A DNA stretch of 64,000 nucleotides from Octopus sinensis (Eukaryota): assembly GCF_006345805.1 (NCBI RefSeq), contig NC_043001.1, positions 22,320,001 to 22,384,000 on the forward strand, written 5' to 3'. The translations under genes were made by a program, and so were the position numbers. The notes under the pieces were generated by a model. The model was not told the origin of the DNA. It saw only the letters and a list, made by a program, of their open reading frames with translations, and did no database searches. Of this stretch, positions 52,885-64,000 are shown piece after piece (positions within the stretch are counted from its first letter, which is position 1; each line of letters begins with the position of its first letter).

Positions 52885-53142
52885 TATTTACTCGCCTGAC
52901 TAAAAGGGGTAGGAAATACAAGGGTGGGGGAGACTAATTGCAGGTGGTAAGCATAGCTTCCGGAAGTGGTCACATGGTCAAACTCAAATGGCTGTGAGTC
53001 ACCACAGCAGTTTGTTTTTTGTATGAATATTTCGCATTATGAAGCTCAGACATGGATGATATAGAAAGCAGACACGCTGCCAGGCCATGCTACATTGCAC
53101 AGGATTGGAAACATGAAACATCGACAAGGCACTTCTGGAGAT

Positions 53143-54237
53143 TGGATGAATGGGTTTGTTGTGCCTTTACCTAGCTGCACATGCGCACTCATGGCTTGGT
53201 GGTGCGTGGGATGGTAACATGAGGCATCAACAATGCGCTGACAAAAATTTTAATGTTCTTCTCATTTCCTCTGCCAAACTGGACAAAAATGGTTTGCATG
53301 AAATATTATACACTACTTATAATGCATAAGTAGCGTCAATATTTTATCATCAGAAAATGGCCTGAAACAAAGATAAAGCCCAATGCAGTATACTCAAATA
53401 GTTGGCGTTGAAAATTTTTTTATTCAACAGCAATTCGAGGAGCCTGATTAATGTTTGTTGCAAATTTGGAGGAAAGTAACTGGATACTCTTCAAGTTACG
53501 GTACTTATGGATGAATGGGTTTGTTGTGCCTTTACCTAGCTGCACATGCGCACTCATGGCTTGGTGGTGCGTGGGATGGTAACATGAGGCATCAACAATG
53601 CGCTGACAAAAATTTTAATGTTCTTCTCATTTCCTCTGCCAAACTGGACAAAAATGGTTTGCATGAAATATTATACACTACTTATAATGCATAAGTAGCG
53701 TCAATATTTTATCATCAGAAAATGGCCTGAAACAAAGATAAAGCCCAATGCAGTATACTCAAATAGTTGGCGTTGAAAATTTTTTTATTCAACAGCAATT
53801 CGAGGAGCCTGATTAATGTTTGTTGCAAATTTGGAGGAAAGTAACTGGATACTCTTCAAGTTACGGTACTTATGGATGAATGGGTTTGTTGTGCCTTTAC
53901 CTAGCTGCACATGCGCACTCATGGCTTGGTGGTGCGTGGGATGGTAACATGAGGCATCAACAATGCGCTGACAAAAATTTTAATGTTCTTCTCATTTCCT
54001 CTGCCAAACTGGACAAAAATGGTTTGCATGAAATATTATACACTACTTATAATGCATAAGTAGCGTCAATATTTTATCATCAGAAAATGGCCTGAAACAA
54101 AGATAAAGCCCAATGCAGTATACTCAAATAGTTGGCGTTGAAAATTTTTTTATTCAACAGCAATTCGAGGAGCCTGATTAATGTTTGTTGCAAATTTGGA
54201 GGAAAGTAACTGGATACTCTTCAAGTTACGGTACTTA
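53143..54237. repeat. Three apparently identical 365-bp tandem units
   Basis: TGGATGAATGGGTTTGTTGTGCC starts at 53143, 53508 and 53873. Confidence 0.95.
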
Positions 54238-54296
54238 ATGCTGCAAGAAGTTGAAAACTTTTTTGGCCCATGACATTCCATGGACCCTATGTAATG

Positions 54297-54580
54297 TTGT
54301 TGTTCCTTCTCAAGCTATCCCTGGCTCATAAGGGCTGGTTTTCCGGTTTCCTTGGCATATAAGTTCCCCACCTGGACAGGACGCTGGTCTGTCGTAGGTG
54401 AGCTGCAAGATGCAGGAGGAAAGAGTGAGAGAAAGTTGTGGCAAAAGAGTCAGCAGAAGTTCACCATTATCTTCTGCCAGAGCCGCGTGGGGCTTAGGTG
54501 TTTCGCTCATAAACACACACATCTCCTGGTCTGAGATTCGAACCCGCGATCCCTCGACCGCAAGGCCATGTGCCTCCACA
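54297..54580 (-). mobile_element. Family A-related SINE with 8-bp TSD
   Basis: ATGTAATG at 54289-54296 and 54581-54588; B-box GGTTCGAATC; (AAC)n tail. Confidence 0.75.
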
Positions 54581-55320
54581 ATGTAATGCAAGTGTAATGC
54601 ATGTGTAAAATTTCCTATGTAACACATGTGTAAAATTTCATTAAAATCGGTTTTAATGACATGACAAACACACAAACAAACACACATCCAGTGTGTTTTG
54701 CATATATATAACATTTATTGTTATATACAATAGGTGTATATACACTTTTCATCAAACAATTCTTGCATTTACTTCGTATTAGATGGCCTGAGGCTATAAA
54801 AGACATTTGCCAAAGCTAAACAATCTGAATATATCCAATAATATGAAAGAGAGGAGCCCTTTCTGGATTGCCAAGGAGGTGGAGACTCTGCAGCAGTATA
54901 GAGAGTGAAGAAACCATATACGTTAGTAGCAACTCTGAATAAAACCAGATAAGATGAGATTAAAGGTATTTAAATATTTAAATTCTTCACAAGCTTATTT
55001 CCATTAATGACAGCTACAGGCAAAATTGAAAGCCAAGTCAGTCATTTCTTTTCACTTAGCAGGAGAAATTTAATATACTACTTTTACCAAATTAATTAGT
55101 AATGAACAATTCAGCACTAAGCTGATTAAAAGGTTTTACAATTGAATGTTTATTATATACATACCAATAAACACATACACACACACACACACACACACTA
55201 GATGGAGCAAGGATGAATGATGGTGAAGGGTGACAAATAAATGAGAAAAGTGGCCAAGGAATATAGAATGGGGGGAGCAGTGAATATAAGCATGGTAGAA
55301 TATATGTGTGTGTGTGTGTG

Positions 55321-56015
55321 TCATCATCATCATCGTTTAACATCTGCTTTCCATGCTAGCATGGGTTGGATGATTTGACTGAGGACTGGCAAGCTAGGAG
55401 GCTGCACCAGGTTACAGTCTGATCTGGCAAGGTTTCTACAACTGGATGCCCTTCCTAATACCAACCACTCCCAGGGTGTAGTGGGTGCTTTTTATGTGCC
55501 ACTGACACAGGTGCCAGTCAGGTAGTACTGGCATTGGCCACAACAATGATTTCACTTGACTCAACAGGCCTTCTCAAGCACAGTTCATTGCCCAATGATT
55601 GAAGAGTACTCTTAAATGGGCCAGTTATGCGACACTGACATAGGCCATGGCTACAGTCTCACTTGGCTTGCCAGGTCTTCTCAAGCACAGCATATCTCCA
55701 AGGGTCTCAGTCTCTTGTCATTGCCTCTGAGAGGCCCAATGTTCGAAGGTCATGCTTCACCACCTCGTCCCAGGTCTTCCCAATGGAGGGAACCTCTTCC
55801 ACAGGTTCCCTCCACTGTTAGGGTGTGACACTTTTTCACACAGCTGTCCTCATCTATATGCAACGTATCACCATACCAGCACAGTCATCACTCTTGCACA
55901 CCAAATCTGATGCTTCTTATGTCCAACTTTTCTCTCAGAGCACTTACTCTGTCATGTATGCACACTGACATTATACATCCAGTGGAGCATACCAGCTTCA
56001 TTTCGTGCAAGCTTA
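55321..56015 (-). mobile_element. 5'-truncated RTE LINE (ORF end plus 3' UTR)
   Basis: Similar to 36310..37110; peptide SALREKLDIRSIRFGVQE; (GAT)n tail. Confidence 0.8.
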
Positions 56016-58041
56016 CATACATACACAGACAACATATACAAACACTATACACACACACACATACGTACACACATATACATACACATATACACACACATAC
56101 ACACATAGGCGCAGGCTTGACCGTGGGATAAGAAGCTTGCTTCCCAACCACATGATTTTGGGTTCAGTCCCACTGCGTGCTACATTGGGCAAGTCAGGCC
56201 GACCAAAGCCTTATGAGTGGATTTGGTAGATAGAAATTGAAAGAAGCCTATCATATATATGTAGTTTTTGAAGGCAGATACACACACACACACACATATA
56301 TGGACATCCACATATAAAAAATCTGATGAAGGCAAGCAAGTCAAAACTTTGAAGTCCCTGTCAACCTTTTCTTTGTAAAAGTTTTATGCTTAATAAATGT
56401 TTTTTACACAAAATTATTGAGTAGTCCTTTAGTTTAATGTTAAATTGTTTTTATACATAACTTGGCATAGAAACAAATAAATGCACATAAATATGCTATG
56501 CATCATATGAGTATCTGTGCTGGGTTTGTCAAACCAGTATGAATGAATTTCTTTTTGTATTGTTCTGTGACATGGTCTGGTTATCTGTTGGTGTACCTAT
56601 TGTTAACTGAAGTTTGTTTTACTCATAGGGATTTCCTTATTTAGAAAATATTTGAGTGACGAATATTTAAAAGCTCATCTAAGAAAGGACGTGACTATGT
56701 ATATTTTACGTCTATATGTGTGTGTACAAAGGCGTTTATTTGTATTTTTAGTCTATACAAATGTACTATATATCTTTTACTATTTCTCTGTCATTGGACT
56801 GCGGAAATGCTGGGGTACTGCTGCTGTGAAGGGCTTAGTCAAACAAATCAACTCCAGTATTTATTTTTAAAGTCTGTTACTTATTCTACCAGACCCTTTT
56901 GTCAAACCGCTAAGTTACAGGGACAATGAACAAACCAACACTGGTTGTCAAGTGATGGTGTTGGGACAAACACACAGACATACATACATACATGTTAGGC
57001 TTCTACATAGTTTCTTTCTACCAAATTCACTCATAAAGTATTGGTTGGCTCAGGGCTATAGAATAAGACACTTGCTTTTCAAGGTGCTGTTCAGGGATAT
57101 TGAACCCAAAACCATGTGGTTGCAATGCAAGCTTCTTAATTGCACAGTCTTGCTTGTCCCAGTTAAATGAATTTTTTTAATTGTGCCACATTGTCTTTTG
57201 TAATTAAAAAAAAAATTGGTGCTGTCTTGTGGTATGTTGTATATTTTTATGATGTTAACCATTTTTGTCCATAATTTATTTCTTTATTGCCCACAGGGGG
57301 CTAAACACAGAGGGGACAAACAAAGGGATTAAGTCGATTGCATTGACCCCAGTGCATAACTGGTACTTATTTTATCGACCCCGAAAGGATGAAAGGTAAA
57401 GTCGACCATGGCAAAATTTGAATTCAGAACATAATAACAGATGAAATACCTGTTTCTTTACTACCCACAACGGGCTAAACACAGGGGGGACAAACAAGGA
57501 CAGACACACGGATTAAGTTGATTACATCGACCCCAGTGCGTAACTAGTACTTATTTAATCGACCCCGAAAGGATGAAAGGCAAAGTTGACCTCGGTGGAA
57601 TATGAACTCAGAACATAACGGCAGACGAAATACCGCTAGGCATTTCACCTGGCGTGCTAACGATTCTGCTAGCTAACCGCCTTAAGCATTTCACCCAGCG
57701 TGCTAACGTTTCTGATGAAAACAGGGAAAACAGAACTCAAAATATGAGTATACTCGTTTACTTGTTTCAGTCATTTGACTGCGGCCATGCTGGAGCACCG
57801 CCTTTTAATCGAGCAACTCGACCCCGGGACTTATTCTTTTTGGAAGCCCAGTACTTATTCTATCGTTCTCTTTTGCCGAACCGCTAAGTGACGGGGACAT
57901 AAACACACCAGCATCGGTTGTCAAGCAATGCTAGAGAGACAAACACAGACACACAAACACACACATATATATATATATACATATATATTTTTATTAAATT
58001 TCGTTTTTGGATTTGGTTTGCAAGATTCTTTATATGAGTTC

Positions 58042-58285
58042 GTTGTGTCTGGGGAAAGTCATTTTCTTTTTGTGCCTTATAATGTAACACACTCACCAGT
58101 AAAATTTCCACTTATTTCTTATTTTTATTTTCCTAAAATTTTCATTGCATCTTGCAACCTTTTAATAGTCTGCAAGATGCAACGAAAATTTTAGGAAAAT
58201 AAAAATAAGAAATAAGTGGAAATTTTACCAGTGAGTGTGTTACATTATAAGGCACAAAAAGAAAATTACTCTCTCCAGACACAAC
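58042..58285. repeat. Hairpin palindrome, 115-bp arms, 14-bp loop
   Basis: 58042..58156 is the reverse complement of 58171..58285 with few mismatches. Confidence 0.9.
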
Positions 58286-59639
58286 AGAACATTTTTATTA
58301 ATGTTTAGCAGAAGTAACAGAGTGGCTCAAGGTCTGAGAGTTTCATGCATTGGCAATTAAAAATATATACATACATAGGCACAGGTGTAGCTGTGTGGTA
58401 AGAAGCTTGCTACCCGACCACATGGTTCCAGGTTCAGTCACACTGCATAGCACCTTGGGCAAGTGTCTTCTACTATAGCCTTGGGCTGACCAAAGCCTTG
58501 TGAGTGGATTTGGTAGATGGAAACTGAAAGAAGCCCATTGTGTGTGTATTTGTGTGTCTGTATTTGTCCCTCCACCATTGCTTGACAAACCTATGTTGAT
58601 GCGTTTATGTCCCCATAATTTAGCAGTTCGGCAAAAGAGACTGATAGTATAATTACTAGGCTTACAAAGAATAAGTCCTATTTTTGTATCATATAATGTC
58701 ACACATACTTTTCTTGAGACTATCTGCTCCTTCCTCCTTTCCGTCTTCCATGGACTTCTTCCTCTGTCTGACAAAGAACCATTCTTGAAACATCATTTCT
58801 ACTATTCACTGTGAACATCTGACTGACTTTAATTTTTTCATTCTTATATTTGCATATATATATATCATCATCATCATCATTGTCGTTTAACGTCTGCTTT
58901 CCATGCTAGCATGGGTTGGACGGTTCAACTGGAGTCTGGGAAGCCAGAAGGCTGCACCAGGCCCAGTCTGATCTGGCAGTGTTTCTACAGCTGGATGCCC
59001 TTCCTAACGCCAACCACTCCATGAGTGTAGTGGGTGCTTTTTACATGCCACCGGCACAGGTGCCTGACGAGGCTGGCAAACGGCCACAATCGGATGGTGC
59101 TTTTTACGTGCCACCGGCACAGAGACCAGACGAAGCTGGCAACGGCCACGAATCAGATGGTGCTTTTTACATGCCACCGGCACAGAGGCCAGTCAGGGCG
59201 GTGCTGGCTACAGCCACGTTTGGATGGTTCTCTTACATGCCACCGGCACTGGTATCACAGCTACAAATTCCATTGATGTTGATCGAATACGATTTTGATT
59301 TTGATTTTCACTTGCCTCAACAGGTCTCCACAAGTGGAGCTTTGTGTCCCAAAAAGGAAAGGAATGCATAAGTGGGCTGGCTACATCCTAGGTAGAGGCC
59401 ACAGGATTATGGCCTCATATATATATATATATGAATTAAAAATTCTTGGTGGGCAGAAAAAATGCCCAAGAATTGGAACAGGCTGCTAACTCTCACAACT
59501 TGATAATACTGGTAACATGAAAGCTCATAGACATTGTTGCATAGTTCAGTTGTAGGCAACAAAGTTGTCCCCACTACAGCCAAGCCAACTTGATGCAGAG
59601 GGTCACCAGAAACCCAGCAGGACAAAAAGAACACCTATC

Positions 59640-60150
59640 AGAAGGACAGACCAACACACTGTAGGATCTCAATGACCATCAAACAATAGTGATCAGACTT
59701 AGGAAATTTGAGAAATGTTAGTTGACCTCATACTCATATCCTTTGAGAAATAAAAATATCTAGAAACGTACTGTTACAAAGGCAAAATAAACGTATCAAT
59801 TTCCTCCAAAACATGCTCAGACCAAACCACGACATACTTCTAAATCTTGGTACAAACTTCCACCTCAGAAAGAAAAGTTGAACTAGATATGCTTTGCCAG
59901 TCACTCATGATTCTCAGTGACATAAACGGAAGTTGAAAGACTTATTAAAGTGTAACTGTAACAAACACCTTCTTTACACACAATGAGGTAAAAAAAATTA
60001 ACCTTAACAATAGACTTGAGATAGCTCTGCATGAACTGAATAACAACCCACACATTGCAATCCATAAAACTGATAAGAAAAACATTTTGAATGTAATCTT
60101 AAAAGCAACAAGAAATATGAAAGTCTTCCATTTGTGAGATATCACTAATG
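59640..60150 (+). mobile_element. Probable Penelope ORF N-terminal fragment
   Basis: Peptides LLNLGTNF and ALHELNNNPHIAIHKTDK resemble the Penelope LxxGxxF and NxxIxIxxxDKG motifs. Confidence 0.5.
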
Positions 60151-61843
60151 GGAAGTCAACAATAAATAATGATTTCAAATTATGGCACAAGGCCGGCAAT
60201 CTGGGGGAAGGGAGATAGTCAATTACATCGGTCCCTGTAATCAACTGATACTTATTTTATCGATCCCAAAAGGATGAAAGGCAAAGTCGATCTCAGCAGA
60301 ACTTAAACTCAGAACATAAAGTATGTCAAAATGCTGCTAAACCTTCACCCAGTGCAGTAATGATTCTGTCAGCTCAACACCTTATAGACAGTTATGAATA
60401 ATGGCTCATAATATATAGGGTTAAGCAAACCTTGAGCAGAAAAAAGGTGGAAGGTCAGCTATAGTACTAGAATTACAATTACTGTAACCTGGGTAGTTGT
60501 GGTATCTAGAGAGTAACATGTTTCTGGCAGAAACGCTAGCACGCCGGGTGAAATGCTTAGTGGTATTTCTTCTGTTAAAAAGGCAGCGAGCTGGCAGAAA
60601 CATTAGCACACCAGGTGAAATGCCTAGCGGTATTTCGTCTGCCATTACGTTCTGAGTTCAAATTCCACTGAGGTCAACTTTGCCTTTCATCCTTTCGGGG
60701 TTGATAAATTAAGTACCAGTTACGCACTGGGGTCGATGTAGTCGACTTAATCCGTGTGTCTGTCCTTGTTTGTCCCCCCTGTGTTTAGCCCGTTGTGGGT
60801 AGTAAAGAAACAGGTATTTCATCTGTTGTTACGTTCTGAGTTCAAATTTCGCCGTGGTCGACTTTACCTTTCATCCTTTCAGGGTCGATAAAATAAGTAC
60901 CAGTTACGCACTGGGGTCGACGCAATCGACTTAATCCCTTTGTTTGTCCCTTGTGGGCAATAAAGAAATAAATTATGGACAAAAATGGTCAACATCATAA
61001 AAATATACAACATACCACAAGACAGCACCAATTTTTTTTTTAATTACAAAAGACAATGTGGCACAATTAAAAAAATTCATTTAACTGGGACAAGCAAGAC
61101 TGAGCAATTAAGAAGCTTGCATAGCAACCACATGGTTTTGGGTTCAATATCCCTGAACATCACCTTGAAAAGCAAGTGTTTTCTACTATAGCCCTGAGCC
61201 AACCAATACTTTACGAGTGGATTTGGTAGAAAGAAACTATGTAGAAGCCTAACATGTATGTATGCATGTCTGTGTGTTTGTCCCATCACCATCACTTGAC
61301 AACCAGTGTTGGTTTGTTCATTGTCTCTGTAACTTAGCGGTTTGACAAAAGGGTCTGGTAGAATAAGTAACAGACTTTAAAAATAAGTACTGGAGTTGAT
61401 TTGTTTGACTAAGCCCTTCACAGCAGCATGACCGCAGTCCAATGACAAAAATAAGTAAAAGATATATAGTACATTTGTATAGACTAAAAATACAAATAAA
61501 TGCCTTTGTACACACACATATAGACATAAAATATACATAGTCACGTCCTTTCTTAGATGAGCTTTTAAATATTCGTCACTCAAATATTTTCTAAATAAGG
61601 AAATCCCTATGAGTAAAACAAACTTCAGTTAACAATAGGTACACCAACAGATAACCAGACCATGTCACAGAACAATACAAAAAGAAATTCATTCATACTG
61701 GTTTGACAAACCCAGCACAAATACTCATATGATGCATAGCATATACTTCAAGAAACACAAAGAATGTACTTTTTAGAAGCAAAACGTCATAAAAAGAACA
61801 CAGCATGTATCACATCTAACTACAAACTTACTGTTAGAACATA

Positions 61844-62235
61844 CTAGCAGTATCGCCCAGCATTGCTCGGGTTTGTTTCGACCCTTTAGAATTGGAATTT
61901 TTGAAAAGTAAAAATTTTGCATTATATAGCTTGTTATTCTCTTTAAGTGAACATTTTTCTGGTTAAAATATACCGAAAAATGGCGACACAACAGTAAAAA
62001 AATCGTAAAAAATAGGGATTTTCATAGAAAAAAAGCACCTTTTTGATGTAAATAATTTTTGGTGTTAACGTGGTCCGATTTGAATTTTATCTTCTAGGGA
62101 ATGAAGAGCAAGCCTTCTTCTATCATACTCTCAATTTTGGTCAACTTGCGCTGCAGGGTCTCGGAGGAGATAGTGTTAGTTGAAGGCTACCAAACCTGCC
62201 ATACACAGACAACTTCAGCTTTATATATAGAGAGA
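61844..62235 (-). mobile_element. Non-autonomous Helitron
   Basis: Minus strand has a 5' A|TC start, a 3' hairpin CCCGAGCAATGCTGGG, then CTAG|T; no TSD. Confidence 0.75.
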
Positions 62236-62731
62236 TTAAAAAACGCCAGAATGAAAAAAACTTTTCATTAACGCAAGTCACAAACCAACAAACAATAGAA
62301 TGTACTTGAAACTATAAACGTAATTTATAAAATCCAGTGCAAACATAAAAGTAAATTTCATGAATTAAATGGTTATATTGGGCAAACATGTGCAACACTT
62401 TCCTGTTGTTTGACTATGCATTTGCAACAAAGAGCCACTGTATACACTACAATACAGTAGATGAAACAAAAATCAATAGGAAATCAGTAACTGACATCAC
62501 AATAATTCTATATTAGAAGAGTGTCAGTGGAAGCTTTGCTAAAAGAAAAATATAAACCAAAAATTAACACATGTACAAAATTAACTATGAAAACTATAAG
62601 ACTTAACTGCTGAATAATTTTTTAATCCACTGTTGAGTGAGAAAAATCATCAACACTCCCATGAGCCAAAGCAAAGCACAAAAAAACACATTATTCAATA
62701 TCCACTTCATTCTGAGGATGGAACTGATAGA

Positions 62732-63935
62732 CAGGGGTTGGACAAAATAATTGAAACACCTAGCATCATAATTTTGAAATATCTATAAAACTGTCAAAAG
62801 CTTGTTTATTTTTATGTTTTTTGATTGATTATTAGTGTTGCTTAATATGTTTTGCTAAAATTGCTGGTTCTTTTCAGATATCATCAGAAAAAGGTAATTA
62901 AAATTCATCAAAATGACAGATCAATTGGACTTTCAAAGAGATCAAATTGATGGTGCTCGTATGGCAGGTGCTAGCATAACGAAAACAGCCGAAATGTTTG
63001 GTGTATCAAGAAGTACTGTCTCAAAAGTAATGACAGCCTTTGAGAAAGTGGGAAAAACCTCCTTGTTGAAACAAAACTCTGAAAGAAAACCAAAACTTTC
63101 AGCTAGGGACCATCAGACACTTACGTGAATTATTAGAAAGGATCACTAAAGTACAGCTCCCAAAATTACTGCAGAGTTTAATGACCACCTTGAGAACACA
63201 GTTTCCATAAATACTGTTCACCGGGAGCTGCACAAAGCTGGATTTCACGGGCGTGCTGCAATCAGAAAACCACTACTTTCAAAATCAAATGTTGCAAAGC
63301 GTTTAGAGTGGAGTAAAAACCTACAAAATTGGTCCCTAGAGCAATGGAAGAATGTTATTTTCTCAGACAAGTCATCCTTTACCTTATTTCCAACCACCAG
63401 CCGAGTATACATGTGGAGACAGCCAAAAGAAGCATTTGACCCAGACTATATTCTTCCAACTGTTAAACATGGAGGAGGATCTGTGATGATCAGGGAGGGG
63501 GCTATATATTGAAAAAATCCGTCAGGCCAATGGTTTCATTTCATGGCAGAATTAATAGTCAAGACTATTTAAGCATTTTATCTGATCAAATTCATCCTAT
63601 GGCTGTGGGACTATTTCTGAAGGGAAACGCAATCTTTCAGGATGATAATGCACTAAATTCACACAGCTAAAGTTGTTCCTGAATAGCACGAGGAACATCT
63701 TATCTGGCCACCACAGTCACCAGGTCTCAATATTATTGAACATTTATGGTGCATTTTAGAAAAATAAGTAAGGAGTCGATTTCCTCCACCATCATCACTA
63801 CAAGAACTAGAGACTGTTTGAGCTGAAGAATGGACAAAAATCCTTTTGGAAACAATTCAAACTGTGTACGAGTCCATACCTAGTAGAATTCAAGCTGTAA
63901 TTTTAAGATGTTTTCATTATTTTGTCCAACCCCTG
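62732..63935 (+). mobile_element. Near full-length Tc1-family transposon with pseudogenised transposase
   Basis: TIRs CAGGGGTTGGACAAAATAAT / ATTATTTTGTCCAACCCCTG-TA. HTH ORF starts at 62913; catalytic motifs FSDKS, FQDDNA and SPGLNIIEHLW are interrupted by stops and frameshifts. Confidence 0.92.
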
Positions 63936-64000
63936 TAGCTTTGAAATGTTAACAGATTAATGGATTTTGGAACACTAATGTTCCAAATTAAACATGAAGA

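Larger units (their letters stand above)
56491..61744. repeat. Inverted duplication, ~1.2-kb arms (56491..57713 and 60528..61744), ~2.8-kb spacer
   Basis: Mirror ORFs (56652/61377, 56952/61077, 57056/60985); arms contain unique DNA plus the same SINE insertions. Confidence 0.95.

Noticed and set aside
62913-63128. 71-aa HTH ORF as a host gene
   Set aside because: N-terminus of the interrupted Tc1 transposase.

Overview
AT-rich, repeat-dense eukaryotic DNA, most consistent with a coleoid cephalopod such as Octopus (inferred from huge TA/CA microsatellites, tRNA-head SINE families and RTE 3' ends with (GAT)n tails). The one real protein-coding gene is on the minus strand. Five phase-compatible GT-AG exons (47389-46054, 35433-35293, 31907-31805, 23049-22976, 16673-16533) encode a long Pro/Ser/Lys-rich N-terminus followed by the start of a uDENN domain, i.e. 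a DENND2/ST5-like Rab GEF that continues past the left edge. The rest is intronic or flanking repeat: SINEs, RTE, CR1, Tx1 and Penelope LINE fragments, Tc1/mariner, piggyBac-type MITEs, a Helitron, a Chapaev-like fragment and local duplications. The most notable hidden structure is a set of type I hammerhead ribozyme motifs from at least four unrelated sequence families, in short elements next to (TA)n tracts. Three families occur as inverted pairs with identical polarity, so in a transcript of either strand the antisense arm is made before the ribozyme. All folds and alignments were done by eye; no searches were run.
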